Below are positions 1 through 8,188 of a DNA stretch of 55,132 bases, one piece after another. The notes beneath the pieces are model-generated. The model searched no databases, was not told the DNA's origin, and saw only the letters and a list, made by a program, of their open reading frames with translations. The position numbers and the translations under genes are program-made. The stretch lies in the IMG/VR virus record IMGVR_UViG_3300031369_000003, positions 1-55,132 of that record; one strand, written 5' to 3'. The number at the start of each line of letters is the position of its first letter. The first letter of the stretch is position 1. The DNA comes from a virus (taxonomy: Duplodnaviria > Caudoviricetes).

Positions 1-48
1 GTCGGTAAATTTTGACCCATTTTCTCATAATGGGGGGGATAAATAAAT
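1..48. other. Probable cos region, continuing from the right end of the window (about 54880-55132)
   Basis: Non-coding ends join between the HNH gene and terS/terL in late-operon order; G7 run at 32-38; usual position of cos in HK97-like phages. Confidence 0.5.
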
Positions 49-354
49 CTATCTATGAGGTAAAATATATGCTGCATTCTCAGGGAGTGCATTCAATCCG
101 AATGATAACCTTACATGATTAATAGTTAATTCATTGGGCGTTAAGGAAGCGACAATAAGATTTCGATAGTGGTTAACCTCTTGCATTAATTTTTTATTGT
201 CATCAACCAATCCCTTGGCATCCTCATATCTAACCCATTCGCCATCTTTTTCAAGCAAAGTTGTAAATCCTTTACCATCGTTTCTTCCGTATGTTTGGTG
301 TGTAATTATCCTTGGTAAAGAGCAATTCATGTCATATATATTATATCTATTCAT
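49..354 (-). CDS. Hypothetical phage protein
   Basis: ORF with RBS, in line with the late operon. Confidence 0.6.
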   Translation of the reverse strand: MNRYNIYDMNCSLPRIITHQTYGRNDGKGFTTLLEKDGEWVRYEDAKGLVDDNKKLMQEVNHYRNLIVASLTPNELTINHVRLSFGLNALPENAAYILPHR

Positions 355-369
355 CGTTCCCTATCACTC

Positions 370-1053
370 CTATTCAGTATACTTATCCCACCACTCATCT
401 ATATATCTAATATACTCATCCTTAATTTTCCGTCTATCTTCATCCATTTCCAGCCTAGCAATAGCCTCATCCCTGCTGCACTCACAGTATATTAACTCAG
501 CCCCTAAATCATCGGCCAACTTCTCCCGCTTAAATTTATCAGGCAATCCTCCTATGACCCAAGCCGTATTCCACCTACCGAATCTCGTCTTGACGTTATC
601 AATTAGATAATTATAGACGCCTATTATATTGCTTATTAGTTGATCAGGTTTATCATATGCAGGTAACAATGTTATGGCCTCGTATAGTCTATCCATATCA
701 ACTACTATGTCATTGCGTTCCTTGGATTGTATTACATAGCTTGTCTTGCCACTACAAGGACAACCATAGATAATATAGACTTGCTTAGTAACCTTTCCGA
801 ATCGCTTATGCTCTTTGTTATGGCAATCTCTACAGATAAGCTTAACGTTATCAGGATTGAGCGACACCATCACGTCATCAACATTATCAATCGTCAATGC
901 TATAGGTGTATGATGCAGCGTCACATCTTTAGGTGTTGCTATTACCCTACCGCATTGTTCGCAGACAAGGCCGCGTTCGGCAATGATTGACGCTCTAAAT
1001 CTTATCCACTTTTGGCTTGCATAGAATTGTTGTAATATTGCCGCTCTAGCCAT
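370..1053 (-). CDS. Packaging-associated HNH endonuclease fused to a P-loop (AAA/kinase-like) domain
   Basis: CEQC...HH...N...CRDCHNKEH HNH motif followed by Walker A GCPCSGKT. Confidence 0.85.
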   Translation of the reverse strand: MARAAILQQFYASQKWIRFRASIIAERGLVCEQCGRVIATPKDVTLHHTPIALTIDNVDDVMVSLNPDNVKLICRDCHNKEHKRFGKVTKQVYIIYGCPCSGKTSYVIQSKERNDIVVDMDRLYEAITLLPAYDKPDQLISNIIGVYNYLIDNVKTRFGRWNTAWVIGGLPDKFKREKLADDLGAELIYCECSRDEAIARLEMDEDRRKIKDEYIRYIDEWWDKYTE

Positions 1054-1056
1054 TGC

Positions 1057-1521
1057 TTACCAATCCTTTGCCGCTTCCATTTGTTTCCTTAGCTGTAATT
1101 CCTGTCGTTTAAAATCAAGCAGCGCCCGGTCGTTAGTATAATGTTCCGAATCTTTATTTTTGAGTAATATCGCAGCCGCCCCGACATCAGCAGGCATATG
1201 CTTTTTGGTTTTCTCAGTATATTTCGTTTCCTTTCCATCCTCGTCTTTGATGTAAGTTTTAATCTCTTCATATTCATATCCTAATGCTCTTTTGGCTAAT
1301 GCGTTTTCCAGCTCAGTAATAAAAACTTCCTTGCCTTTCTTTATGGCCTTAAGAAATTCGGGATATTTAATTTTATACTCGTTTGCCGTATTGATACTAA
1401 TTCCAAGATTTTTCCATATCTGTTCCTCGGTTAGCCCATCACGGCACCATTTTTCAACAAGTAACAATTTATCTTTAACTTGATTCCACTTGCTTTTTCT
1501 GCCCCTCATTTTATCACCCAC
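1057..1521 (-). CDS. HTH protein of the terminase-small-subunit-like type
   Basis: DGLTEEQIWKNLGIS HTH; ENALAKRALGYEYEE...PADVGAAAILLKNK pattern. Confidence 0.65.
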   Translation of the reverse strand: MGDKMRGRKSKWNQVKDKLLLVEKWCRDGLTEEQIWKNLGISINTANEYKIKYPEFLKAIKKGKEVFITELENALAKRALGYEYEEIKTYIKDEDGKETKYTEKTKKHMPADVGAAAILLKNKDSEHYTNDRALLDFKRQELQLRKQMEAAKDW

Positions 1522-1525
1522 TTAA

Positions 1526-1723
1526 CTAATTACCCAACGAATTGTAATAAGCTTGCCCATATTGTTTAATGAACTTTTCTTTTCGTGAATTGATCCTATT
1601 GACTACTTTTTGAATTCGTTTTGATTTCAAAACATTATCATTTCGCCATTCATCAGCTTCCCATGCCGCCAAATGCGCAACTAAATAATTTATTCGATTT
1701 GGTTGATAACCCATTTTAATCAC
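1526..1723 (-). CDS. Hypothetical protein
   Basis: ORF in late operon with RBS. Confidence 0.5.
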   Translation of the reverse strand: MIKMGYQPNRINYLVAHLAAWEADEWRNDNVLKSKRIQKVVNRINSRKEKFIKQYGQAYYNSLGN

Positions 1724-1869
1724 CCCTGTTTATCTTTGTTTTTGATAATCACCAGTTTTATTGCCTCGTTTGGCCTCCAATAAAACAGGTTCCAGGTTGC
1801 TGGTACCGATACTTTCATTTAAACCACCTCTAAAACAAGTTCGATATCTACCATCCTCCAAAATCCCAA

Positions 1870-1902
1870 TAAAAAAACAGCTATCTCTCGATAACTGTCT
1901 AA
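1870..1902 (-). terminator. Intrinsic terminator-like hairpin at the end of the structured late leader
   Basis: Minus strand agacagttatc-gaga-gatagctgttttttt. Confidence 0.65.
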
Positions 1903-1904
1903 TA

Positions 1905-2220
1905 ATTTTTATAGCGTCGGATCATAGCAATTAGCTCCCCGGCGCGGTGTTTTTTTGAGCAGTGCTGTCTCAAACAGCCATGTTTTTTAATCGCTTTCTC
2001 AGCCGCTACCTTTTTATAGGCAACACGGAAAACCTTCTGCCCAAATTAAAAGCCCACCAGTTTAAGCCTATACCCTATAATCAATTTGTGGGCGTGTTAA
2101 CCATCGCAAGCCCCTAAGTCGCCTTATGGACTTACCGCTCAATAGTCAATGACGTTTTGAGCACTCACTAGGCGGAGTCAACCGGCCCATTTGTTTCGCC
2201 CCGGCTCGGGACGGATACAA
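1905..2220 (-). ncRNA. Candidate structured non-coding RNA in the late leader, family not recognised
   Basis: GC-richer stretch with no ORF in the track and several hairpins, between putative late promoter and terminator. Confidence 0.45.
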
Positions 2221-2244
2221 TATCTTTTAGAACTGCACAATCAC

Positions 2245-2300
2245 ACTATATACCTTAAAACCAGCAAAAACAAGGTTAAACAGTCTCATTTAGTCTCATT
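2245..2300 (-). promoter_or_regulatory. Putative late promoter with activator-binding direct repeat (atgagact x2)
   Basis: Plus strand agtctcattt-agtctcattt from 2282; -10-like TATAGT near 2245-2250 on minus; no good -35, consistent with ArpU/RinA activation. Confidence 0.6.
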
Positions 2301-2319
2301 TTTGCAAAAAACAACCGGG

Positions 2320-2745
2320 TTAATCCCGGCCTCTTAACTCAACGATATACTCCTTGATTTTACTGTCCTCGTCATCACTGAGATAATATTGGCGACGTTT
2401 ACGTCCTGTTGCCGGTCGCCCAGAACCTTCTCGCGAACCGCCCCAAGAGCGTAATATATCATCCTGATAGGCTAACAATAACATTTGCATGGATAATCGT
2501 TTGCGTTGTCTTGCGTATTCGTTTTGTTGGTGACATTCGTCTACAAATTTAGTTTTACTCATATACGTTTCAATTTCTTTGACCTTCTCAATGTACGCTT
2601 GTAAATATTCTTCCTTTTTTTCTTTTGAAAGTCCAATTGACCTGCTAGTTTTCAAATTATTTATCTCAAAATATCCATGTGGGATATCTAGAGACAAAGA
2701 CCAGTTTTTAATCAAGTGCTTCATTAAGCTAATAAATTTTTCCAT
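2320..2745 (-). CDS. Protein with C-terminal AT-hook-like plus RHH-like DNA-binding tail
   Basis: C-terminus WGGSREGSGRPATGRKRRQYYLSDDEDSKIKEYIVELR. Confidence 0.65.
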   Translation of the reverse strand: MEKFISLMKHLIKNWSLSLDIPHGYFEINNLKTSRSIGLSKEKKEEYLQAYIEKVKEIETYMSKTKFVDECHQQNEYARQRKRLSMQMLLLAYQDDILRSWGGSREGSGRPATGRKRRQYYLSDDEDSKIKEYIVELRGRD

Positions 2746-2746
2746 T

Positions 2747-3034
2747 TCATTTTTCCTCCTTTTTAAGATTAAATAATTTGTACTGAAACAGGATTTCTTT
2801 AAATAATTTGTCTATGTAATAAGTTTCATATTCTCGATGTTCAATCCACCATTTTGAATCTGTAGTGCTTTCTAATATAGCTTGTACTGCCAGCATTTTA
2901 TCGTATGATGTGCTTTCCTTTTTCATATCTAGAAAGTCCTCATACTGCACAAGAATGTTAATTCTAATAGTTTTAGCCCAAGCAATTTGTTTTTCGCTCC
3001 CGGTCAATTCTGGTAATACTTTCATTTTTAACAA
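2747..3034 (-). CDS. Conserved mobile-element hypothetical protein (GSEKQIAWA motif)
   Basis: LPELTGSEKQIAWAKTIR and SKWWIEHR motifs; RBS aaggag. Confidence 0.7.
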   Translation of the reverse strand: MLKMKVLPELTGSEKQIAWAKTIRINILVQYEDFLDMKKESTSYDKMLAVQAILESTTDSKWWIEHREYETYYIDKLFKEILFQYKLFNLKKEEK

Positions 3035-3057
3035 CTCCTTTTCCTTATCTTGATATC

Positions 3058-3087
3058 ATTGTATCATATTTATTGTTGATTGTCAAC
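3058..3087 (-). promoter_or_regulatory. Sigma-A promoter TTGACA-N17-TACAAT with inverted repeat over -35
   Basis: -35 at 3081-3086, -10 at 3058-3063; GTTGA-ttg-TCAAC at 3075-3087. Confidence 0.75.
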
Positions 3088-3146
3088 TACATATTTCAAG
3101 TTTATATAGGTTTTTAGCATTATCTTTTATAAAAAAAATAACCGGG

Positions 3147-3335
3147 TTAATCCCGGTCGTATCTCTTTAACGCTTCTTCGGTTATTACCCAATCTCTTCC
3201 GATTTTATAAACCTCGTCCGAATTGAACTTTTTACGATGAACATCCTGCCTTATACGACCTTTTGTCATCCCTAGTTGCCGTTCAGCTTCGGCTATGGTT
3301 ATAATATTATTATCTTTCATCATTCGCCTTCCCAA
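3147..3335 (-). CDS. Small HTH DNA-binding protein, last gene of the IbrAB cassette
   Basis: ITIAEAERQLGMTKGRIRQ...KIGRDWVITEEAL, excisionase/MerR-like HTH. Confidence 0.8.
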   Translation of the reverse strand: MGRRMMKDNNIITIAEAERQLGMTKGRIRQDVHRKKFNSDEVYKIGRDWVITEEALKRYDRD

Positions 3336-3949
3336 GCCATTGAAAATTCTTTATCACCAAACATTTCTGCCAATCCGGTGATCTGTTTAAGCCTCAACAC
3401 CTCATCGGCATCCATACCTAGTTCTCTGGCGATTTTTTCATCATTCCAGTTTCGCCGTGATAACTCAACCACAATATCGCTCATTGCAGTTACAACGTGT
3501 TTCCCCCTAGCTCTGTTGTGTCGAATGGTTGACGCTATTCTATCAGCCTTTTCTTTCCTCTCGTCGTTAATAGTGGTTACTGGCAAATATCCTTTAATTC
3601 GTTTTTTTACTTCTTCGCATTCTTTACCCACTCGATTTCGATGGAACCCGTCAACCACTTCGATATGGTTGTCGTCTTCCCAAAAACCAACTATGGGTTG
3701 AGTATATCCGTCTTCACTTATCGAATGTTGCAAAAGCTTCATTTCAGGAGGCGCCACGGTGTTAGGGTTATAATCGTTTGCTTCCACTTGATCGGCCTCA
3801 ACCCAAATGACGCAATCAACCGGTTCGTTAACAAACGGGCTTATTTCATGTAATTTTATTCTGACTGCATTTAAAGCCGCAATTTTATTTTTCTCTGGTA
3901 ATTTATTCAGCTCATTTACTAACGCAGACAACGCATCACTGACTCCCAT
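3320..3949 (-). CDS. ibrB: IbrB-like ParB/Srx-domain protein
   Basis: ANDYNPNTVAPPEMKLLQHSISEDGYTQPIV...VVDGFHR...STIRHNRARGKH. Confidence 0.88.
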   Translation of the reverse strand: MGVSDALSALVNELNKLPEKNKIAALNAVRIKLHEISPFVNEPVDCVIWVEADQVEANDYNPNTVAPPEMKLLQHSISEDGYTQPIVGFWEDDNHIEVVDGFHRNRVGKECEEVKKRIKGYLPVTTINDERKEKADRIASTIRHNRARGKHVVTAMSDIVVELSRRNWNDEKIARELGMDADEVLRLKQITGLAEMFGDKEFSMAWEGE

Positions 3950-5133
3950 TTCTGTTTCCTCCGTTTCATGATTTTTAAATATTTATCGTATGCCTCGCTT
4001 TTTGTCATGGTAAAAGATAATCCTTTACACCAATAATCATTTTTTAACAATGATTTACAGATCCTGCGCCATGATGGAACTTTCTTCCCAGCTTCGTCTT
4101 TTGCGTCAGCTTCATCAGGTATCCCATTCGGATAGCCCCGATCATACCACCACTTTAAAAATACCGCTATCTTATTTTCAAAATGATTCCTTGATTTATC
4201 TGGCATACTACATAATAATAATTTGGCAAACGATTCCCAAGTATGCCCATCAGGTTTATTGATTTTGATATTACCCAAAACATTTCCGGATTCTCGGACG
4301 TATAACGCCCCAGAATTGGCACCATTAACTCTAGCGACCACTTTACCCCATGTCTCTGGCTCAATAAGATGAAACAGCCAGAGCCCCTTCCGTTGATCGT
4401 CGCCGTAAGGTTGACATATCCTCATTTGGTGGATTGACAACCCAGCTAACTGCATATAATCGTAAAGTTTGTTGTAAGGCTTATTAAATTTACCGTTGTA
4501 CGTCCAAATGTCTTGCGTTTTCCAGTCATAGATCGGATAAATGTTGTAAAGTCCGTCGCCGCACCAAGTGGTATAGCCTTTGTCGTCGAATTTACTTTTA
4601 TCTCGAACTATTGTCCTGTAACGATTCAAAGATTCATCTGCACGAATTCCAACAAAGCAAGCCGTTAAATCGCCGCCTCCGTACCATTTTCCGAATTGTG
4701 GTACAAATTCCTCAAACTCCATTTTGTAGTGATAAAACGGAAAATAGCTTTGGTCTGTAATTGCCATTTCGGGCGGCTGTCTAATCCAGTCTTTTCCCGG
4801 TTCCCAACATGTCCATTTTGGTTCATACTGGCTAACGGCGTTTCGCAATGCAATAGGTAACGCAACCCAATAAGGTTCGATATGATCTTCATATAGCTTA
4901 TACATATACTGTATATGCTCAATGGTTATTTTGTATTGACCCTCTAAGTCCAAAAGCAAAACTCCAACTTTTTGATTTCGCTTTATTGCTTCGTCCATTA
5001 CCAAATGGAGCATAACGGATGAGTCTTTCCCGCCGCTAAAACTAACATAAATTTTCCTAAACGTGTCAAACGTCCATTCTATTCGCTGCTTTGCAGCTTC
5101 ATAGACATTTATTCCAATCGGGATTTTAGCCAT
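3919..5133 (-). CDS. ibrA: IbrA-like PAPS-reductase-family (PP-loop) protein
   Basis: SFSGGKDS PP-loop, GIRADESLNR, YPIYDWK, MRICQPYG, PSWRRICKSLLKND. Confidence 0.88.
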   Translation of the reverse strand: MAKIPIGINVYEAAKQRIEWTFDTFRKIYVSFSGGKDSSVMLHLVMDEAIKRNQKVGVLLLDLEGQYKITIEHIQYMYKLYEDHIEPYWVALPIALRNAVSQYEPKWTCWEPGKDWIRQPPEMAITDQSYFPFYHYKMEFEEFVPQFGKWYGGGDLTACFVGIRADESLNRYRTIVRDKSKFDDKGYTTWCGDGLYNIYPIYDWKTQDIWTYNGKFNKPYNKLYDYMQLAGLSIHQMRICQPYGDDQRKGLWLFHLIEPETWGKVVARVNGANSGALYVRESGNVLGNIKINKPDGHTWESFAKLLLCSMPDKSRNHFENKIAVFLKWWYDRGYPNGIPDEADAKDEAGKKVPSWRRICKSLLKNDYWCKGLSFTMTKSEAYDKYLKIMKRRKQKWESVMRCLR

Positions 5134-5501
5134 TCTTTTACCTCCTCCTCGTCAATTTTGAAAACCTTCCAATCCACAACTTTACAAAAATATCGTTGTT
5201 TGTTATCTTTAACATCATAAATTTTATTATCGCCGAGAACATACTCGGCATATATCCCGCGCGACCCTTTGGAATTGGCTTGGGAATAATCTTTTTTGAA
5301 ACGCAAAAACTCACGTTTGTATTTATATTTAGGGTCGAATCCGGTAATCTCGGCAACCCATCCAGAAGATGGCATCCCACCGAATACAGCCGTTCCGGTT
5401 CCGGGTATTAAATCGTTGCCCAATCTAGTCCATATCCTCATTTCCTGCACAACGTTGTCCCCTATTAATTCAATTTGTAAAACCGCTTTCAAGAAAATCA
5501 C
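5109..5501 (-). CDS. Hypothetical protein translationally coupled to ibrA
   Basis: Overlaps ibrA start; WVAEITGFDPKYKYKREFL motif. Confidence 0.7.
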   Translation of the reverse strand: MIFLKAVLQIELIGDNVVQEMRIWTRLGNDLIPGTGTAVFGGMPSSGWVAEITGFDPKYKYKREFLRFKKDYSQANSKGSRGIYAEYVLGDNKIYDVKDNKQRYFCKVVDWKVFKIDEEEVKEWLKSRLE

Positions 5502-5799
5502 TCCGTTTTAGCTTCGTTTCTCCGATTATATTCGCATACCAATTATAAGTTGAAACACAATTTTCAAACTGATTCCACAAATCAGAATGATCATTGTTAC
5601 TAGTTGAATGAACAAACTTTCCAGTAGTGATGCATTGGAGTAAATTTTCTGTGGAGATTCTTTCTCGAAGCATTTTATACATTGTTATGGCTTTGCTAAG
5701 ATTAAATTTCATTTTAATCAAAATTAGTTTCATTTGTTTGTCTGCAATATTATTCGAATCAACCATTCCGAATATAGTTTGATATAGCAATGTGTTCAC
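5470..5799 (-). CDS. Hypothetical AT-rich cargo protein
   Basis: ORF in cassette operon with RBS aagaagg. Confidence 0.55.
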   Translation of the reverse strand: MNTLLYQTIFGMVDSNNIADKQMKLILIKMKFNLSKAITMYKMLRERISTENLLQCITTGKFVHSTSNNDHSDLWNQFENCVSTYNWYANIIGETKLKRSDFLESGFTN

Positions 5800-5850
5800 C
5801 TTCTTTTTTAATAAATATGTGATTTAAGGATTACCACAAACCATCTAAAC

Positions 5851-6249
5851 TTATTTAAGTTTAATTTCGCCAGCTTTGATTTTACAATCGATGCAAGTAA
5901 TCATTAGCGGGTCGAATTCTTGATTCGGAGTTATCGACCAATAGGGGTTATAAAACAAATCGGCACAAGTTTCTTTTCCACATGCCGGGCAGGTAACTTT
6001 TTGATTGTGAGTCAATCCAGCAATTTTAACCTCCACCACGCTCCCATCCGTCCGACATTCAATTTCCAAATCCGGATTCCCCGGATACTCTTTTGCGATT
6101 TTATCCATATCAACTTTTTCACACTCATCGGAGCAATAACCATCATAAATTTTGCTGGTGTCGGGTTCCTCTTTAAAAAACTCCTTGAACTCATAAGGTT
6201 TTCCTACAACTTTCCCACAAATTTTACATTTTACTTTTAACATTGTCAT
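5851..6249 (-). CDS. Cys-rich (Zn-finger) protein, first gene of IbrAB cassette
   Basis: CKIC, CSDEC, CPAC, CIDC motifs. Confidence 0.7.
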   Translation of the reverse strand: MTMLKVKCKICGKVVGKPYEFKEFFKEEPDTSKIYDGYCSDECEKVDMDKIAKEYPGNPDLEIECRTDGSVVEVKIAGLTHNQKVTCPACGKETCADLFYNPYWSITPNQEFDPLMITCIDCKIKAGEIKLK

Positions 6250-6284
6250 TTTAATTTCCCCTTTCGTTTTCTCTTTATATTTAC

Positions 6285-6315
6285 ATTATAGCATTGTCAC
6301 GTTAGCGTGACAATG
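6285..6315 (-). promoter_or_regulatory. Sigma-A promoter TTGTCA-N17-TATAAT with perfect 10-bp-arm palindromic operator
   Basis: CATTGTCACG-ttag-CGTGACAATG at 6292-6315 covers -35 and spacer. Confidence 0.8.
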
Positions 6316-6349
6316 GGTCTTTAGACCTATTTATAAAAATAAGCCGGAA

Positions 6350-6637
6350 TCACCGGCTATAATGTCTGTTTTCAGCATCCAATGCGGCTTTAACGGCTGG
6401 ATAATGCGGATTATCTGGTGTTACCCTAATTTTGTCGCGTTCGTGATAGTCCGTTGTGGTATCGCTACTATTAATAACGTTTAACCCTTCAATTTTTGGA
6501 AATCGGCCATAATCTTTTGCATAAATTGTAATCGTCCCGGCGGGTTGATTGATCAGCTCCCCTGGTGAGTATCGCGCCCGGTATAGTTTGCCGTCAAGCT
6601 TTATGCCGTTCCACAAAAATTTTAACATTTTAATCAT
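6350..6637 (-). CDS. Hypothetical protein
   Basis: ORF whose stop lies in a CCGG hairpin terminator. Confidence 0.7.
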   Translation of the reverse strand: MIKMLKFLWNGIKLDGKLYRARYSPGELINQPAGTITIYAKDYGRFPKIEGLNVINSSDTTTDYHERDKIRVTPDNPHYPAVKAALDAENRHYSR

Positions 6638-6690
6638 CCTTTCTATTTTCAGTCCCCTTCTTAGGATTTCGGATTTTTACTCTAATTTAG

Positions 6691-6942
6691 TTATTTTTCA
6701 ACTAGTCCCCAAAAATTCATCACGCACCGTTGAGGATTGATATTTTTTTGACTGATTAACCACGCCGGAATCCAAATGATACGATTACCAACTTCGTTTT
6801 GTTCGCCGAGTATACATTGAGATTTCGGGAACCACTCGTGAGTTACGGTATTAATACCGTTGAGGCTAAAGTCAAAACAATACGCTTTATCTGTTTCTCC
6901 ACTGGGAGCGAAACCGTATTCGTAATATTTTTTCATTTCCAA
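6691..6942 (-). CDS. Hypothetical protein directly downstream of the twister ribozyme
   Basis: ETDKAYCF...WFPKSQC...IWIPAWL; RBS aaggtg. Confidence 0.7.
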   Translation of the reverse strand: MEMKKYYEYGFAPSGETDKAYCFDFSLNGINTVTHEWFPKSQCILGEQNEVGNRIIWIPAWLISQKNINPQRCVMNFWGLVEK

Positions 6943-6954
6943 ATCACCTTTTCC

Positions 6955-7013
6955 GCCGGGCTTGTGACCGGCTTTGCCGCATTAGCACCGGTTACCCGGT
7001 GTCACTCTGCGAT
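6955..7013 (-). ncRNA. Twister ribozyme, circularly permuted (type P5-like)
   Basis: Minus strand CGCA GAGUG A CACCGG guaa CCGGUG C UAA UGCG GC aaa GCCGG UCACAAGC CCGGC: P1, P2, P4, UAA cleavage triplet and both pseudoknots present. Confidence 0.9.
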
Positions 7014-7017
7014 TAAT

Positions 7018-7287
7018 TTACGCTGACTGGTCTTTTTCCCACGAACGTTCGAACTCATCAGTTAATTTTTTACCTTCTTTAATCGTTGTATCTAATGCAT
7101 TTAATACGGCATTCATAACAGCTTCATACTTTTCAAGGTAAATATATTTTTGTTGAACTTCTTTCGGAGCATCTTCAATCCAAATAGGTTTTTCCATATC
7201 TTTCGTTAATTCATTCCATTCATGATGGGCCATTTGGTAGTTTGTTACCGCCTCAATTATACAATCTTGTTTTTTTGTTGTTTTCAT
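7018..7287 (-). CDS. Hypothetical small protein
   Basis: First gene after the 7324-7352 promoter; RBS aagggga. Confidence 0.7.
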   Translation of the reverse strand: MKTTKKQDCIIEAVTNYQMAHHEWNELTKDMEKPIWIEDAPKEVQQKYIYLEKYEAVMNAVLNALDTTIKEGKKLTDEFERSWEKDQSA

Positions 7288-7323
7288 TTCAAATATCCCC
7301 TTTCGTTTCTTGACTACATTTAT

Positions 7324-7352
7324 ATTATAACGTATATACTTCTATACGTCAA
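7324..7352 (-). promoter_or_regulatory. Sigma-A promoter TTGACG-N17-TATAAT with ACGTATA boxes
   Basis: -35 at 7347-7352, -10 at 7324-7329; inverted ACGTATA pair. Confidence 0.8.
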
Positions 7353-7480
7353 TAGTTATTTCAAAGTATTTTCATTTATTTTTTTTATGCCATTTACCTG
7401 CCGTTTTAGTTTACTTCTATATATATACATTTTTGCCTTGCCAAAATCGGCCATCCGGCAACCCGCGACATATTGTCATT

Positions 7481-7544
<64 letters not shown>

Positions 7545-7549
7545 AAAAT

Positions 7550-7578
7550 TTGACGCATAAACGTATATATGATATAAT
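7550..7578 (+). promoter_or_regulatory. Sigma-A promoter TTGACG-N17-TATAAT of the RHH gene
   Basis: Near-consensus with TGn extended -10; ACGCATA-a-ACGTATA boxes. Confidence 0.8.
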
Positions 7579-7603
7579 TAGAAAAAACATTTGGAGGTCT
7601 ATT

Positions 7604-7759
7604 ATGCCAAAATTTACAACTTATTTGCCCGACGAAATGATTAAATACCTACGCGACAAGTCGCACGAAGAAACGCAGGATGGGAAATATACCAGCGCGG
7701 CCAACATCATTCAGCGTTTGATCGCATCTGACATGGAAAAACAAAAAAGCAAAAAATAG
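7604..7759 (+). CDS. Ribbon-helix-helix (CopG/Arc-like) repressor
   Basis: MPKFTTYLPDEMIKYLRDKS...SAANIIQRLIASDM; GGAGG RBS before ATG at 7604. Confidence 0.8.
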   Translation: MPKFTTYLPDEMIKYLRDKSHEETQDGKYTSAANIIQRLIASDMEKQKSKK

Positions 7760-7807
7760 TTTCTACATGCATTTTTAAAATTTATCAAAAAGCTTTAAAA
7801 TAAATAC

Positions 7808-7836
7808 TTGACGTATAAACGTATACATGGTATTAT
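7808..7836 (+). promoter_or_regulatory. Sigma-A promoter TTGACG-N17-TATTAT with ACGTATA-a-ACGTATA boxes
   Basis: Near copy of the 7550 promoter. Confidence 0.8.
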
Positions 7837-7863
7837 AGTAGTAGGAAATGAAATTGAAGGAGA

Positions 7864-8106
7864 GTGTTGAAAATGATGAATTGGTATCAAATAGACAGGC
7901 GCAAGGGCAATGGTACTTCAATTAATTATCAGATGGTTCGTTCTACCAGCCTCAGGGCTGCGATAACGGAATATTTGAATGAAGATGGTGATTATGCAAA
8001 AGATTGGACAATTACGCGTAACAAGTTTGGACATACATTATATTTAACCGCACGTTGCCCGGAATTTACCGAGGAATATGTTGAAGTTTGTAAGGTGGTT
8101 GGATAA
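7864..8106 (+). CDS. Hypothetical small protein
   Basis: RBS aaggag; follows promoter. Confidence 0.65.
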   Translation: MLKMMNWYQIDRRKGNGTSINYQMVRSTSLRAAITEYLNEDGDYAKDWTITRNKFGHTLYLTARCPEFTEEYVEVCKVVG

Positions 8107-8188
8107 TTAGCAGAGAGCGTCCTGCGAATAGTAGGACGTCGCCAGTCGGAACCAACGTAGTAGTAAAAAAATGAAGGAGTAATTGAAG

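Noticed and set aside
2170-2216. Hammerhead ribozyme suggested by CGAAAC after a hairpin
   Set aside because: No CUGANGA core in the required position
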